Shown: positions 33,790-45,013, numbered from the stretch's first letter. The stretch is DNA of 64,000 bases from Diplonema japonicum (GCA_964019335.1 OZ025650.1:248001-312000); one strand, 5' to 3'. Numbers and translations: made by a program. The notes: generated from the sequence alone by a model not told the origin.

Positions 33790-36147
33790 TCAAAGATTGT
33801 CTACGCACTTGCAGATAGTAGGGGGACAGGGACCGCCACAACCAAACTTCTTGGCCTTGTTCGGGCACCACGGATCGGGGAGTTCGCCTACCTTGCTGAA
33901 GATCACAAAGGAGGATGCCTCTGTGGTGGTCTCAGGGAGGGTGAGTGTTGCACCAGCATCGACTTGAGCCCTGTACGACACCATCCTCTGCTCTGTTTCA
34001 CCGTATTTGGGAGCACATGACGCAGACTCGAACCCAGACAGAGGGAGCAATGCAGGGAAGCCGCCGTTCACGTTCTTCGAACAAGGGGGGCAGTGGTAGT
34101 GCGACACAATGAACTCGCAGACTTCAGTCCCACAGCACGTCAGCTCGATGACAGTGTCCTTCGGGACCGTCCCAGGGGTGTGGGCAGACATGTCCCTCAT
34201 GTTCTCGGGGATCTTCGTCAAAACAGCCCCGCCTCCGGTGTATGCAGCCGCACCGTTGAGGTCGGTCCCTGGGACAGTGGTGCCCCCGACAGACACCTTC
34301 ACGCCTGTTGCCTCGCAGCTGACGTCCGTGATTTCCTCGTTGGCAAGCACCTTCTCCACACCGTCACAGCCGTTCTTCTCCACGATCACACGCACCTTGC
34401 GAGGCACAGTGCCACCGCATGTCGCTGACACCGGCCCACAGAAGTCATGCTCCGCACACGCAAGGCTGCCTGCTGTCCGCGTCACCACCGTGTCAGGTGT
34501 CCCGTCGCCCCACATGAAGGTGTAGGTCAGCGACTCGCTGTTCTTCTCCGAAGCCACAAGCGTGCAGAAGGTCTCTGCTCCCGCTACCTTCGGGTACGGC
34601 GCGATACCAAGGTCTACAGAGGTCACCACGGGGTGCAGGTACACGGGCTCAGCAGCGTTCATCGCCTGCGGGGCAGACCCGTCACCGAAGTAGAAGAACC
34701 ACTTGTCAATGCCTTCGATGAAGTTGGTCTGGATCTTCATCTTCCAGTCCTTGTTGATGGGCAGTCCGCCCACAGCACCGCCATCGGTGTTCCTGTTGAA
34801 GGTCCACCTCCCGCCAAGATGGGGTCCTGTTCCTGTCAGCTCACCAAGGGTGGTGCTGGTGGTCCATTCCCACTCACCAGGGTGGTCATCCCTCTGCACG
34901 ATGGTGGTCCCGCTGGGGACACCTGTCACGAGACCGTCCACACGGGCAGAGCCCTGGCTCCCGAACCCTTCGTCAACACCGTGGAACCAGAAGAAGGAAA
35001 GCTCATCAGGGTGGTTCAGGTCCCTGTACAGGAACATCACAGAGGTCTCTGCTGCCTCGAACCCTGTGTGGCTGCTTGCCGAGTAGTAGTCGTAGAAGTC
35101 TGCCGCCGTCATGGCCCTCTCCACAGCAGGGACAGTCCTGCGGTTCTTCCCGTCCTCCTGCTCCACCACGAATTGCTTCACGTTCCCCACAAAGTTCAGG
35201 GGCGGGCACACAGCGACGTCTTCGTTGGCAAGCACCCTCTCCACACCGTCACAACCGTCCTTCTCCACCAAAACACGCACCTTGCGAGGCACGGTGCCCC
35301 CGCACGTCGCAGAGGCAGCCCCGCAGAACATGTGGTCAGCACAGGCCAGGCTCCCTGCAGGCTTCTTCACGATGGTGTCCGGAGTCTCGTCACCCCACAT
35401 GAAGGTGTAGGTCAGCATCTCCCCCTCGACGTCGGATTGGACAAGAGTGCAGAAGGTCTCCTCCCCTGCGGTCTGCGGGTAGGCGGCAACACCAAGGTCT
35501 ACAGAGGTCACCACGGGGTGCAGGTACACGGGCTCAGCAGCGTTCATCGCCTGCGGGGCAGACCCGTCACCGAAGTAGAAGAACCACTTGTCAATGCCTT
35601 CGATGAAGTTGGTCTGGATCTTCATCTCCCAGTTCTCATTTATGGGCAGCCCTGCAACAGCACCGCCATCGGTGTTTTTGTTGAAGGTCCACCTCCCGCC
35701 AAGATGAGGTCCTGTTCCTGTCAGCTCACCAAGGGTGGTGCTGGTGGTCCATTCCCACTCACCAGGGTGGTCATCCCTCTGCACGATGGTGGTCCCGCTG
35801 GGGACACCTGTCACGAGACCGTCCACACGGGCAGAGCCCTGGTTCCCGAACCCTTCGTCAACACCGTGGAACCAGAAGAAGGACAGGTGGGTGGGGTTCG
35901 TCAGGTCCCTGTACAGGAACATCACAGAGGTCTCTGCTGCCTCGAACCCTGTGTGGCTGCTGTACGAGTAGTAGTCGTAGAAGTCATCCGCCGTCATGGC
36001 CCTCTCCACAGCAGGGACAGTCCTGCGGTTCTTCCCGTCCTCCTGCTCCACCACGAACTGCTTCACGTTCCCCACGAACTTCAAAGGACAGGTACTCGCA
36101 CTGACCACCCCAAGGGAAAGCAACATGTACGCAAGTGCGCGTGACAT
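33790..36147 (-). CDS. Secreted protein with two tandem ~295-aa units (each ending in a PKD-like domain) and a Cys-rich C-terminal domain
   Basis: Signal peptide MSRALAYMLLSLGVVSA; duplicated unit; YTFMWGD(E/G)TPD PKD-like motif; C-terminal YHCPPCS..NGG. Confidence 0.85.
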   Translation of the reverse strand: MSRALAYMLLSLGVVSASTCPLKFVGNVKQFVVEQEDGKNRRTVPAVERAMTADDFYDYYSYSSHTGFEAAETSVMFLYRDLTNPTHLSFFWFHGVDEGFGNQGSARVDGLVTGVPSGTTIVQRDDHPGEWEWTTSTTLGELTGTGPHLGGRWTFNKNTDGGAVAGLPINENWEMKIQTNFIEGIDKWFFYFGDGSAPQAMNAAEPVYLHPVVTSVDLGVAAYPQTAGEETFCTLVQSDVEGEMLTYTFMWGDETPDTIVKKPAGSLACADHMFCGAASATCGGTVPRKVRVLVEKDGCDGVERVLANEDVAVCPPLNFVGNVKQFVVEQEDGKNRRTVPAVERAMTAADFYDYYSASSHTGFEAAETSVMFLYRDLNHPDELSFFWFHGVDEGFGSQGSARVDGLVTGVPSGTTIVQRDDHPGEWEWTTSTTLGELTGTGPHLGGRWTFNRNTDGGAVGGLPINKDWKMKIQTNFIEGIDKWFFYFGDGSAPQAMNAAEPVYLHPVVTSVDLGIAPYPKVAGAETFCTLVASEKNSESLTYTFMWGDGTPDTVVTRTAGSLACAEHDFCGPVSATCGGTVPRKVRVIVEKNGCDGVEKVLANEEITDVSCEATGVKVSVGGTTVPGTDLNGAAAYTGGGAVLTKIPENMRDMSAHTPGTVPKDTVIELTCCGTEVCEFIVSHYHCPPCSKNVNGGFPALLPLSGFESASCAPKYGETEQRMVSYRAQVDAGATLTLPETTTEASSFVIFSKVGELPDPWCPNKAKKFGCGGPCPPTICKCVDNL
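34337..36083. repeat. Intragenic direct tandem duplication, period 885 bp (34337-35198 and 35222-36083)
   Basis: Matching strings offset by 885 nt, e.g. cttcacgttccccac at 35176 and 36061, and tcgttggcaagcacc at 34337 and 35222. Confidence 0.95.
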
Positions 36148-36906
36148 TGTTTGTTGTATGAATCTGTTTTTTTTTTTGTTATATTTTTGTTTGTAAAGTA
36201 TTTTGTAACGTAGCGTAATGGTAAAACGAAAAGGTAAAAAAAAGGGAGGGGGTGGTAGAAAAAAATGTGAAGAAAGGAAAAAGAAACAAGGTAGAAAGGA
36301 AATATATGGAAGAAAAAAAAAATAAAAAGACCCCCCTCCGGGTTAGATGGCTAAATAAAAAAAAGGGAAGGGAGAACGGACAAAAAACAATAACACGCAG
36401 GCATAGTTTTTTATTTCCCTCTTTTTCTTTTTTTTTAAAAAAAGAGAACCATCATTTTCTCTTCCTCTAGGGACTTTGCAATAAAAAGAAAAAAAAAGAG
36501 AATCATCATTTTTTTGTTGCCACCCTTAGGCGTGCAAAAAAACCCCCCCCCTTTTTTTTTAAGCATGTGTCCTGTAGTGTTATGCCATTTGTTAAAAAAA
36601 GTCTTTTGTTGCCATTTTTTCTATCTAAATAAAAAATCTTTTTTTTTTTATACACCCACTTGGTTTATTTTCTTTTTTTCTCTCTCTCTCGAGCTACCTT
36701 GTCGGGGAACGAGAATGAACCAATACCGCTGGAAAGAAAAGAAAAGCTCCGCTAGATCAAAAATAAATAATGTCTATACGGATGGGGTAAGGGGTGGGGG
36801 AAGGGATTGAGGAAACAATTTGTGTGTGTTTTTTTTTTTGCCCCCCTTTTCTACTAGTTGAAAAGGATCGGTTTTAAAATACAACAGCCCCGTCCCTCCT
36901 CCTCCC

Positions 36907-39459
36907 TTATATCTTGAATTCACGAACCTTATTCAAGGTTTCCATTGCCTCCTTTAGGCACGCTGCCATTTCCTTAGCGGCCCGCCTCCTCCTGGCAACT
37001 TCTTCGCTCTCATCGAGAAGGGTTTCTAAAAGATCTTGCTTGTAGAAGGTCTCGACTAGTTTGGTGTTGATGGTGTCCTTGAGCTTGTTGACTAAGAAGT
37101 GGATAATGGATTTAGGCACGTGGTCTTGCATGTGGCGCCTTACAATGACGTAGTAGGTCGTTACCTTTTTTTTTTTTTTTTTTTTTTTTTTTGCTTTTTC
37201 CCATACCAACTCTTTCACGATCTCTGTCTCCCTCACCGACTTCTGATCGATTGGCGCTGAGAAATCAACCTGGTCATGGAAGTCTGAAACAACATTCCCC
37301 TGAAAAATAAGTTTTTTTATTTCTTTTTTTCTATGGGGGGGGAAACCAACGTTTTCAGTACAGTTGTACCCAAGGAAATAAGTTGTCTCGATTTTAGTGG
37401 TGCCATGCAGTATGTGACACAGCGGCCACCTTTGTGAAACTTCGCCCCGAAGCCTCCCAAGTCCCCTGTGGTCCCGTAGAAAGTAAAAGTGGAGAGGTAA
37501 AGAAAGCTTGGAAATTGAAATAGGGAGAGGGGCCACAGAAGCAATTAAACACCAACTGGAGAGTTGTGGGAGGCTTGCTTCACTGGCACGATGCCGCGGG
37601 GAGACTACTTGCCTGACCTGGTGAAGCCACCTCCTTGTTCGATGTAATGGGATAAGGACTCTCCGTTGAGGGTGATGCTAACTGGCGCCACGCGTTGGGG
37701 GGCTCTCCACCCCCGTCCAGGTTTCCCCACGTGTACGGCTTTAGAACAAAAAAAAAAGTTACTGAAAACGTTGTCCTCTCCCCCCCCCTTTTTTTTGAAA
37801 GGGCATACAGTAGAGATATGCTGGCGAGCTTCAGCACCTGAAGGAGACGTTTCGGCACCCCGTGCAGATTCTGCCCAGCCTGCCACAAGCTTGTCAATGG
37901 AACCACCGTCGTAAAACTCAGGGTGCTGTGTTGGGTTTAAAATAAAATGAAGTAAAACAACACACCCCGGTGTTGATGTGCGCTGACTCCATGTCGATGA
38001 GGTTCGACACGAACCGCGTGAGGGGGTCCTTGTAGTCGCTGAGGACGGTCTTCATGAACTCCACGACGCGGTCCTTGAGGTTCGGGTATCGCTCAAGCGT
38101 CACTGCTGCGTCATCAGCCAGCTTCAGCAGTTCGTCGTGCACGTAGTCGACACACTTGTGGGAAGGGGACTCTAGCTTCTTGATGCACTTCCTGACCAGA
38201 TTTTCGAATGCTTGCTCCGGGATGAACAGCTTGTTCCTGGTCCCCTGGCATGACGAGATGATGGTCGTGATCTGCGTGTCGTCAATGTCATCCAACGGGT
38301 TGAGCTTCTCCAAGTACGGCACGAAACCAGTCGAGCAGATGGCGTTGATACGCGCACCCCGTGCCTGGTCCACCTTCTCCTGCGGCACCGTTCCGTCCAA
38401 ATGCTGCACCACGACCTTTGCATACGCGTTCAGCAACGTCAACAACCTCGAGTCCGGGCTGATCTCGTTTTCACCACCCCCATGCTCCTTCAAGACCATC
38501 ATTGTGTGCTCAAGAAGTTTTTGTATGTTCTGCTTCAGCTGTGGAAGGCATGCACGTATGTGTATGAGGAGGTTGTGGGAGAGGTTACGAGTAAGGTAGT
38601 CCGTTCCGAGCTGCTTCGAGTAGGGAGAGTAGGCAGGGTGGTTCATGAAGAAATCGCTCTCCGCACGCAGAGCAGCCTGGATGTCTTTGCAGTTGTCGAT
38701 ATCTTGCTGAGATCTGTTCACAAGGCCGACGAAGCCCTTCTTCAGTTTGATGACATTGCCGGTGAGGACATCGACGCAGTTGGTGCCGTGGTCCATGAGG
38801 TCGAGCTTGGTGAGGACGCCGATGGTGCGGTCGCCATTGGGGTCGACTCTGCGGGCGAGCTGGAGGGCGTCGGAGTTGGCTATGTCGGTGTTGGCGGCGG
38901 TGACAGCGAGGATGATGGTGTTCTTCGGTTTGATCCACTCGAGGGCCATCGTCTCAATGTCCCGTCCGACAGTTTGTTGCTGGCCGTCGACTGCGATCTT
39001 GGTTAGCCCAGGCAAGTCAATCACAGTCAAGTCGAGGACGTGGTTCGAAGTCACATCCAGCCTGATGGGGTCAGAGCATACACCCTTGCTTGTCCCGCAC
39101 ATTTTGTCTGTCTCGTTCTCGATCTCTCGCTTCACCTCCCTGAAATCAGTGTAAATAATATCAGGTTTGTGGAGGAACTTCGCTGTTTCTGTCGGTTCCC
39201 CGTTTTCAAGCCGTTTCTTGTGCTCCTTGTGGCTGAGATGCGTCATTTGGAGCACCAGTGGCCGCCTCGTCACGATCCCACTCCCTCTCGGCAAGAAGTC
39301 CTTCCCCACAATATTTTCCAACACACTGCTTTTCCCGGTGCTCTGCGCACCTACCACCACAATCTGCGGCAGATCGATCTCGTGCACCATACTCACCTTA
39401 GAAAACACATCCTGCAGCTGGTTTATCACAGGCAGCAGCCTTTCCATACCTTCAGACAT
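36907..39459 (-). CDS. Dynamin-related protein (Drp1/Vps1 class); introns 37165-37206, 37300-37612 (GC-AG), 37739-37808, 37926-37965
   Basis: LPQIVVVGAQSTGKSSVLE, RGSGIVTRRPL, DLPG, TKLD; middle domain INTG|HPEF; GED ...IVRRHMQDHVPKSIIHFLVN. No PH or proline-rich domain. Confidence 0.93.
37381..37446 (-). ncRNA. Putative ACA-box guide RNA, family B copy 2, in the 313-nt dynamin intron
   Basis: Shares cgattttagtggtgccatgcagtatgtgaca with 29674-29704; stem GGTGGCC/GGCACC; ends gACA+act. Confidence 0.5.
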
Positions 39460-39711
39460 TTTTTATTCCCCTTTTTTTTTTTGCTCCTAAAATTTCTTTT
39501 ACCAAATCGGAACAACAACAATACAAAAAACGTGGTGTAATATGTACAACCGAATACATTGAAGGGGGAGGGGGATATATGAATAAATTGCTAGGCAGAC
39601 AGTAACAAAAAAAAACTCGATAAAAGTTCAGTGCCCACAAAAAAGGAAAAACAACAAGGCAGGGGGGAGGGATAGAAGGAGGGTTCTATAAAAAAGATAA
39701 AATAAACGCAC

Positions 39712-42700
39712 TTAGTCGAACTGCCGACTTTTTATTAACCGGCGTTGTTCTGGGTCACCGAATTTTGATACAAAGTCGGCAAAGGGCATCCACCCCGAGC
39801 CGATGAGGACCCTGGGTTCTTTTTTGACCTCACCCACGAGGCGAATGGTGATCTTGCGGGTGCCGAAGGCGTAGATATAACCGCCAGGGTACTTCGTGTC
39901 GGGGGTAATGCGGGCAAAGTTGGCAGGGAGACGAGCGTCGGAGAGGAATGGTTGCAGAAGGGAGCTGAGACGGTCTTTTCCGTTTTCAGCGGGTGGCTTT
40001 TTTGTCGTAGTCCTCCTGGGCAATGGCAATGGCAACGGTGCTGGGGCGTACTCCTCCCGTGCAGGCGACGGTGACAATGACGTGCCGTACAACGGCAGTG
40101 TGCTCGGACCGGGTACCGGCGATGCCTGCACTCTGTCATACGCAAAACCCGACGTCGGCAAGTCCGCCAGAGGCGAGGTGTCATACAAGTTGTGCTCAAG
40201 TAGCAATTCACTCAACGGGCTCTTGCTCCTCTCGTGGCTGGCTCTGTACGTTCCCCTAATCCTCCCAGGTGACTGCGACACACTAGGCCCCTCCAATACC
40301 CCTTTCCAGTGCGGCTTATGCACCGGCGACACTTCTTCGCACGGATCCACGTACATCTTGCCCTGCAGCTTATCCTCCACCCCGCTCAGATGCACCTCGC
40401 GCTGCCCTAAGGTCTGCTCCCTTAACATAAACTGGTTTGTAAAACCCTCGCGGTTCACTTCAAGCTGTTTTTGAAAGTTACGGTATGGTGTTTTTTTATA
40501 TTTTTTATTCTTTCTTAATTCTGAAAGGGGCATTCACATACATCAGTGATCTCTTGTTTCAGCTTCAGCTGCTGTGTTGACAGCTTGGCACGTTCGTGCA
40601 GAAGCTTCAGCTCCTGTTCTCGCACCTCGTCCTCTCTTCTCTGAAGCGAGGCTGCCGCCGTAGACTCCGTGGCATGAAGTGCCTCAGAGGACTTAATCCT
40701 GTCCTCAAGGACCTGCTGCAGCCTCTCAAGGGTTGTCGCACGGTTGTTGATGTCAGCTTCTCTTTCCTTGAGTGAGGCCTCCCGTCTGTTGCACTCCTGT
40801 TCCCGCTGGCGGACCATAGTCTTCATGTCTTCTTCGCGCTGTGCGAGTGACGCCTGGCGCTCTTCCATCAGATCCTCGAACGAACTCGCATTGGGATCCA
40901 CGGGGCCAGTGCGGCGAGCCCCTGACTTGCCAGATGCTACCCCAGCGAGGAACACAGAACGGTACTCCGCACGGCGCCTTCGCTCGGCTTCATCCAAGTC
41001 GTCAGAGTCCCGATACTGCTCAGGAGCCTCTGCACCCTCCACAGGACTTGCTGCCGATGCCGTGTTGATGAAGACGTCCATCCGTGTTGCGAGGTCGGAG
41101 AACTGGTGTTTCAGGGCGGTCACAGATGCCGTCAGTGGCGGCTCGGGACCAGGTTGGTTGGCGTCGGCGAGCATGACCTCCACGGACTGCAGCCTGTCTA
41201 AGATGTGCGTCATCGACTCACCGAGCAGGTTGATCTCTTCATTTGGAGCAACAGGGAGGTCCGCTAGCTTCACTGTTAAGTCTTCCACCTTATGCTGCAG
41301 CCCCGTCTGACCTGCCTTGATCTCATCTAAGGTTTCATCGCCAGGAAGGGGTCCTTGCTTAAGCAAACTCTCCAGGGCCATTAACCTGTCCTCCAGCCTC
41401 CTGCGCTGCTTGTGCTCGACGGTTTCGGTATCTTCATCAGATGAGTACACAGTACCAGGGCCACTTTCGCCGTCGCGAGGCTTCTGAATCGTGGTGTATA
41501 GTTCATCTTCGTTCGGTGCCTTGTTCAACTGCTCGGCAAGGGAGGTTGCCATCTGCTGCGGCGAGACACCCGCACTGCCCATGTCGACGACCCTTTCAAG
41601 CGCAACATGGTCGGGGAGGTACACGGCCACTTTCAGGAGGCAGCACACAGGGTGGTGGTCAGACACCGTGTGGTCGTATACCTTGTATTTCACAGGAGTC
41701 ACGATGTTGGATTTCGCGGGCAAGAAGTCGTCCGGCTTCGGTGACTTCAACGAGTACCACAGGACACGGTCTGTGTATGCAGGAACACGTCGCTTGCCAC
41801 CCTTCTTTGAGGTGTCGTAGATGTTCTCCCCTTTGACGTACTTGTAGGTGGGAAGAAAGGTGATGGGCGCCTCTTCAAAGTCAGCGAAGGCCTTCCCCGC
41901 AGACCGCTCGCGTTGGAGCTGGTCACTTGCGAGAATGGAGCTCACCTTCTTGTGCGCAATAGCCTGCATGACCTCTTCGTAGCTGCTGTCCACACGGTAG
42001 TTTAGGTCACCGAACCAGAAAAGGTAGTCACGCGTCCCAAGGATGCTGTTCGCCACAGTCGCTTGCTGCCCTGACTTAGGGGAGCCGAACAACCCTGTCT
42101 CGAGGCTTGCGTTGCCACCCCGCATGTTTGCCTCTCCAGAAGTGCCAAAGGCTACGAGATCAACACAGGGGTCGCTCGTGGTGCTGGTGAAGGAGTGGTC
42201 GTGCTGCGTGAGAGAGTTCAGGACCGAATGGAAGTTCTCGTTTCGTTTTTCGCAGTTTTCCTGATGTGGCACAAAGTGACTGTTGATGAACATGAACCGC
42301 TTGCAGCCAGCCATGAAGGACACTGCGAGAGCGCCTTTGTTGCCGGTGAAGCCACCGGTCCCGAGCTTGACTTCTTTGACGCTGAGATGCTCGATCTTGG
42401 GGAAGAGGTCGAGCTTGACGTAGATGGCGAGGGTGATGCCGACAAGGGACTGCGCAGCGAGCTTTTTGAAGTTGTAGGGGATGACGTGGCGGGAGAGACA
42501 GTCGAGCCACGGGTCGGCCTTGCCAGTGGATGAGGTGGCGATGGCCATGGCACGCATGTCGACCTCTTGCAGTCCAACAGCTATGATGTCGGCACCTCGC
42601 TTGGCTTGCAGCCATTTTTCTAAGTTCGCAACGCGCTGAGCGTGCGCCTCAGCAACGTTCCACGTGCAGACGGCTACTGACAGGTCTTTACGGCGGAGGT

Positions 42701-42950
42701 ATAGATTCTTCGGGATCTGCATGAGGTGTCGCTGCAGCAGCCGCGACCTGTCTTTGTCCTTCGTGGCGGTCTCGAGACGGTGGCGTGCCTCCTCCGCTTT
42801 CGTTTCATCGATGCCCTCGGGGCTGGGGCTGCTGGTCCTGCTCCCTGCGTCAGAAGGCGACGCCGGTGCAAAGGTCACTGTCTTCGGAGTCATCGCCGGT
42901 GAAGAAGTGGACGAGTTCGAGCTGGCACGCTTCTTCCCGAAGAACGGCAT
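39712..42950 (-). CDS. Inositol polyphosphate 5-phosphatase + coiled coil + C-terminal GAS2/GAR-like domain; intron 40465-40541
   Basis: CTWNV, AVGLQE, GNKGA, FINSH, FWFGDLNYR, PTYKY, PAYTDRVLW, SDHHPV. A 77-nt intron joins QEITD|LEVNRE. C-terminal YAFGTRKI...VLIGSGWMPFADFV. Confidence 0.85.
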
Positions 42951-43260
42951 GTCCTGCTAGGGATGAGGACCGCCCTCTATTTCTTTCTTCTCCTTTGGTG
43001 CATTGGTGTATTTCATAGGAGCTACTTACTTGAGAGAAAACATGAAAAGAAAAACTAGAAATCCAGGAAAAAATGATTCACAAAGATGGATGGAAAAAAT
43101 AAAGGGGGGGTCGTAACAAAGAATTGGTGGTGCCTGGCGAACCGCTCTGCAGCACACAGAAGAAGAGGTGGGAAGGAGAAGTCGTACCTTATTTTTTTTT
43201 TTTTTTTTTTTTTCAAATGGAGGAACTCATTAGAGTCTTACCTCTGTAATTTTCTTTTTT

Positions 43261-43512
43261 CTATTTCTCGCTCTTGGTTGCCTTGGCGACGTTCTCATCT
43301 TTGGCGGTGTCTTTGGCCTCAGACTTCTCGCCCTTTCCTCCAAAGATTCTGTCGAAACTGCTTCCATAGTTCTTGTTGTAGCCCCAGCCATCCTGTTTTT
43401 TTTTTTTTTTTTTGTTATCCTTTTTTTTCCCCCATACCTCATTAGGCTTAAAAGCAATGTCGACGCCCCCAGAGCACCATCTCCTCATGCCAGCAAGGCT
43501 GCTCCTCATCAT
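43261..43512 (-). CDS. Small putative mitochondrial protein (68 aa after splicing); intron 43393-43437
   Basis: Presequence-like MMRSSLAGMRRWCS. Removing a 45-nt A-rich GT-AG intron gives FKPNE|DGWGYNKNYGSSFDRIFG. Confidence 0.65.
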   Translation of the reverse strand: MMRSSLAGMRRWCSGGVDIAFKPNEVWGKKKDNKKKKKKQDGWGYNKNYGSSFDRIFGGKGEKSEAKDTAKDENVAKATKSEK

Positions 43513-43623
43513 ATTATGATTATTGTGATTCTTCCTTTAGTGTAAGGCTACAAAGCAAAAGAAGAAGAGGAGAAGAAAATAACGGGAAAAAAGGAAAAGG
43601 AAACCCCTTTGCGGGAAAGGTAC

Positions 43624-43667
<44 letters not shown>

Positions 43668-44212
43668 GTATTCCATAAAAAATACACAAACAACAAGACA
43701 TTAGAAAAAAGGAAAAGAAAAAACCAACATGGCAACATGTACCCCAATAAAGAACAAGAAGAAATTCGATAAAGTTTCAGCGTGCAGGGGGTGCTCACTG
43801 TTTAAAAGAAGAAAAAAGGGGGAGGGGGGAAGTTTCCTTTCAATTTTGCGAAAAACAATTTGGATAGAAAAAAAAAAAGGGAAGGGAGGGGAAAGCGGGT
43901 CTGCAGTTTTATTGCCCCCCTTTCTTCGGGTAAGTAGTAAAAACAGAACAACAAAGAGCGGGGAGCAACAAAGCAAAGGGAGAGTCGTTTGGGTGTTCTC
44001 CCCCTTTTTCCTTTCTAATCATAAAGAAAAAAAATTCTTTTTTTTTTTTTTTCATATTCTTCAAAAAGTAGGTTTGGTGCGTAAAAACGTAACAAAGGTT
44101 GAACAAAGGTTTCTTCACCCCCTTATGACGGCTGCGTTTTGAAAAAAAGCCTGTCTCAGAGGTACATAATTTCTTTTTAATATTAGTTTTTTTCCCCACA
44201 CTTTTCTTTCAT

Positions 44213-45013
44213 CTACACATGACGCATGCCCATTATAGGCCCGTGGCCCTCCTTGGTCATCACCATGAAGAAGCGAGGTATGCTGAAGAGGCACTCATTT
44301 GTGTTTGGGATGACCGGGTAGGCCTCTTTGACCTTTGCAGTGAACAAATCAGCAAGTTCGGGTTCACTGGACTTTCCAAGGACAGAGAGATAAGCATTCC
44401 ATATGGTACCACCTGTACCTGAGGTCTTAAGGAGATTAATGACATCTTCAGGAGGGAGGTAGTGGTGATGGGTGGAGGACCATGTTTCAAACATGGCTGA
44501 GCCTTGACTGAGAAGCTGATAGTATCGAGAAGGGCTGTGCACCTCCATTTTGTACGGCATTTCTGTGCAGCCCAACTGTTTGACACAATCTTTCAAAATT
44601 CGGACAAAAAGCTCGTCCTCGATGCAAGGCATCTGCACGGCCAGAATGCCTCCCTTTGGGAGCATGTCGACCATCTTCTCCATAAGCTCACTGTGGCCTT
44701 CGATAAGGTGGAGCACACTGTTCGCATAGATGACATCAGGTCTCTCTGTTGGCTTCCAGTCTTCAATCGAAGAGTGGGCGAACGCCACGTTGGAGTCGAT
44801 GCAGTTCGACATTGTTTCCCTCAGCACATTCTTATCCTTGTCCAAACAGACAATCTTCGCTGTCGGCCAATGTTGCCTCAAATGTGTGATGGCGTGCCCA
44901 TCCCCGCAACCCACGTCCACTACCACCGGATCTTTCACCGTTTTATGGATTTTGCTCAGCAGCTCCTTCGCGGGCCGCATTCTCAACATCTCCCGTACAT
45001 ACCTCGTAGACAT
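44213..45013 (-). CDS. Trans-aconitate 2-methyltransferase (Tam)-like class I methyltransferase
   Basis: RMRPAKELL, VVDVGCGDG, IEDWKP, DVIYANSVLH, GGILAVQMP, KEAYP...LFSIPRFFMV follow the Tam family layout. Confidence 0.8.
   Translation of the reverse strand: MSTRYVREMLRMRPAKELLSKIHKTVKDPVVVDVGCGDGHAITHLRQHWPTAKIVCLDKDKNVLRETMSNCIDSNVAFAHSSIEDWKPTERPDVIYANSVLHLIEGHSELMEKMVDMLPKGGILAVQMPCIEDELFVRILKDCVKQLGCTEMPYKMEVHSPSRYYQLLSQGSAMFETWSSTHHHYLPPEDVINLLKTSGTGGTIWNAYLSVLGKSSEPELADLFTAKVKEAYPVIPNTNECLFSIPRFFMVMTKEGHGPIMGMRHV

Noticed and set aside
34447-36144. 565-aa plus-strand ORF and other long plus-strand ORFs
   Set aside because: Antisense shadows of GC-rich minus-strand genes with no recognisable motifs.
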